Assembly (NCBI GenBank): GCA_910586965.1 | Contig: CAJUMF010000007.1 | Location: 25,577-89,576, forward strand | Source of the DNA: an uncultured Dorea sp. | GTDB taxonomy: Bacteria > Bacillota > Clostridia > Lachnospirales > Lachnospiraceae | Length of the DNA stretch: 64,000 nt | Direction of reading: 5' to 3' | Shown here: in pieces, positions 61,954-64,000 of the stretch | Numbering within the stretch: position 1 is the stretch's first letter | Layout: each line of letters opens with the position of its first letter | Position numbers and translations under genes: made by a program | Notes under the pieces: model-generated | The model's database searches: none | Told to the model about the DNA's origin: nothing | What the model saw: the letters and a program-made list of their open reading frames with translations, nothing else

Positions 61954-62909
61954 TACTGACAAGAGAGGAAAGCATCTTCTTGCTTGTGCTTGTTTTGAAT
62001 TTAGTGATAGCTCTTGCCTACTTTATATATGGCACAATAATTGCCGCGCCTGTAAAGACCCGGAAAAGAAAAGGGGAAACGGAAGTGCTGCGCGATAACA
62101 GACGGACATATTTGATTCGCTTTCTTGTTATGGTCCTCTGTCCGGTTGTAGGTATTCTGTTCTTTTTGGTATCTCAGTTTTTATATTTAACGATTTTTAG
62201 ATTCGGAGTGAATCTGGATGATGTTACATTTAAGAAAGATCGTGTGGAGACGCAGGTGAAGGCCAATGAAGAGGTGGAGCGGAATGTAATTCCTGTGGAG
62301 GAAGCCATAGCAGTGAACGATAAAAAGAGCCTGAGAACAGCGATGATGAGCATTATCAGAGGGGAGATGGATGGTTCCATGTCATCCATCGCATTAGCTC
62401 TCGATGCCGAAGATTCCGAGACGGCTCACTATGCGGCTTCTGTGCTGAGTGATAAGCTGAATGAGTTCCGTATGAATGTAAGAAAGATGTATGCAAAGAT
62501 TCAGGAAGAGTCTTCCGACCAGACGGAATGTGAGGAAGAGCTGATTGGATATATGAATCATTTGCTGAAGGAAAAAATATTTACAGAATTGGAACAGAAT
62601 GGCTTCGTCAGGATGATGGAGGAGGCTGCAGAAATTTTATATAATAAAAACGCGTCCAAGCTGACCGCAGAACATTATGAAGGTGTGTGTCTCAGATTGA
62701 TGGAAACAGAAGACTTTGAAAAAGCAGAAAAGTGGTGCAACAGGATGGTGGAACATATTCCGGAAGAATTGTGTACTTACACCTGCAGATTAAAGCTATA
62801 TTTTACGCTTAGAGACAGGACCGCTTTTTTCAAGACGCTAGATAGTCTGAAAAAGTCGGATGTGGTTATTGACAGCGAAACGCTGGAAATGATTCGGATT
62901 TTCAGTTGA
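61950..62909 (+). CDS. pelE: PelE-like protein (2 TM + TPR-like helices)
   Basis: ATGA overlap with pelD; two N-terminal TMs; IPVEEAI, DSETAHYAAS; helical C-terminus. Confidence 0.7.
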   Translation: MILTREESIFLLVLVLNLVIALAYFIYGTIIAAPVKTRKRKGETEVLRDNRRTYLIRFLVMVLCPVVGILFFLVSQFLYLTIFRFGVNLDDVTFKKDRVETQVKANEEVERNVIPVEEAIAVNDKKSLRTAMMSIIRGEMDGSMSSIALALDAEDSETAHYAASVLSDKLNEFRMNVRKMYAKIQEESSDQTECEEELIGYMNHLLKEKIFTELEQNGFVRMMEEAAEILYNKNASKLTAEHYEGVCLRLMETEDFEKAEKWCNRMVEHIPEELCTYTCRLKLYFTLRDRTAFFKTLDSLKKSDVVIDSETLEMIRIFS

Positions 62910-62922
62910 GGAGAGAGTAAAA

Positions 62923-64000
62923 ATGGTATCACGACGGAATTATCTTACGATTACAATAGTAATGTTTATTGTATTTTTCATGTTCCAGTTTACGAATGTT
63001 GTGTTGGAGAGCTGGAAAGGTTTTGAAAAAAATCCATACGCCCGTAAGCGGGAAGAGCTTTTTACCCGAGGGACTGCATATGAGACAGGAGCCAAGGAAG
63101 GTGATGGTATTAGCGAACCTTCTCAGGAAGGTGTCATATATATTGGTGATGGGGAGAGTGCGGCAGGAAAGACTGTTTACAACTGGGCGGTTTATACAAA
63201 GAGAGATTATAATGTATACAGGACGATCGCAGAGTATGCGGCAGCCAGCGTACAGTTTCCGGATTTTCTTGTATTGGATGCGGCCAATCTTGACTGGCAG
63301 CAGGAAGCTGGCGCGAGTGTCCTTTTGAAAGAATATGCTGACAAGGGTGTCAATCTTATCTTTGGAAGTTTGCCGGATGTCTCTGTGATCGGGGAGAATC
63401 CGGGGCTTCAAGAGCTATTGGGAATCAAACAGATCAAAGAGACAGAGACGACTGTAACGGGGCTTCGTCTGAAGGAAGGATTCCTTCTCGGAGGAGAAGC
63501 AAGGTATCAGACAAAAGATAAAGAAGAGGCGGCGAAAAGACAGGATATGGAGCTTACTTTCCCATGGTATATACTCGGTACAGATACGGAAGTGTATTTG
63601 CAGGGGCTTCCCGAGGGAAAGACAATCGAGGAGAAAGATTATCCTGCTGTTATATGGGGCAATCGATTATCAGGAGCCCGTGTATTTGCCGTAAATGGAA
63701 AATATATGGAGGATGCGGCAGGTCTCGGTGTGTTATCAGCCATGTCTTCAAAGGTTAAGAAGTGTGAGATCTATCCGGTAGTGAATGCCCAGAATATGGT
63801 AATTGCAAATTACCCTTCACTGGCATCAGAGAATGAGAAGGAGATGCAAAAGTACTATGGGCAGTCTATGCAGGATGTTTTGTGGAATATTGCATGGCCC
63901 TCGATTGTGTCTACATATCGGAAGAATACTTTGGGGCTTTCCTTTATGATGTCTCCGCAATATGACTATGGGGAGGATCATTTTCCAAGCGAGTCTCAAT
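62923..64000 (+). CDS. DUF2194 / PelA-deacetylase-like membrane-anchored protein, runs off window end
   Basis: Hand translation is open from ATG 62923 to the end: MVSRRNYLTITIVMFIVFFMFQF...GFLLGGE...YPVVNAQ...IAWP. Absent from the ORF track because there is no stop. Confidence 0.75.
   Translation, partial: MVSRRNYLTITIVMFIVFFMFQFTNVVLESWKGFEKNPYARKREELFTRGTAYETGAKEGDGISEPSQEGVIYIGDGESAAGKTVYNWAVYTKRDYNVYRTIAEYAAASVQFPDFLVLDAANLDWQQEAGASVLLKEYADKGVNLIFGSLPDVSVIGENPGLQELLGIKQIKETETTVTGLRLKEGFLLGGEARYQTKDKEEAAKRQDMELTFPWYILGTDTEVYLQGLPEGKTIEEKDYPAVIWGNRLSGARVFAVNGKYMEDAAGLGVLSAMSSKVKKCEIYPVVNAQNMVIANYPSLASENEKEMQKYYGQSMQDVLWNIAWPSIVSTYRKNTLGLSFMMSPQYDYGEDHFPSESQ

Noticed and set aside
62969..63328. 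Track ORFs 62969..63328, 62929..63411 and 63564..63758
   Set aside because: Alternative frames of the real ORF starting at 62923, which has no stop in the window

Overview
Chromosomal window from a spore-forming Firmicute; gene content and order suggest Lachnospiraceae (inference). It has three blocks. (1) 1-31.7 kb is a cell-envelope region: a wall-teichoic-acid-type locus (tagD, three CDP-polyol phosphotransferases, pyruvyl- and acyl-transferases), secreted peptidoglycan enzymes (M15, two L,D-transpeptidases, GH25), a PaaK/CapK-like ligase plus PanE-like reductase, a Wzx flippase, a four-gene YfhO(GT-C)/WecE/ArnC-like GT2/ATP-grasp operon, and two LCP ligases flanking glmS. (2) 31.7-58.2 kb is mostly conserved housekeeping: prmA, rsmE, iscS, thiI, mtaB, ireB, ruvX, fur, rnj, trmR/trhP-like, sigK, comM, dprA, topA, codY, groESL with CIRCE, guaB, galM, aroK, efp. 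(3) 59.2-64 kb is the start of a Gram-positive Pel-like exopolysaccharide operon (pelD-, pelE- and DUF2194-like) with a divergent XRE regulator and a tandem operator-like repeat over its promoter. The best candidate for an undescribed system is the Arn-like extracytoplasmic pathway, which would transfer an N-acylated 4-amino-6-deoxysugar onto a wall polymer, possibly with the adjacent reductase/adenylating-ligase pair. No rRNA, tRNA, CRISPR, IS or prophage was recognised. All family calls are from motif recognition by eye; no database searches were run.
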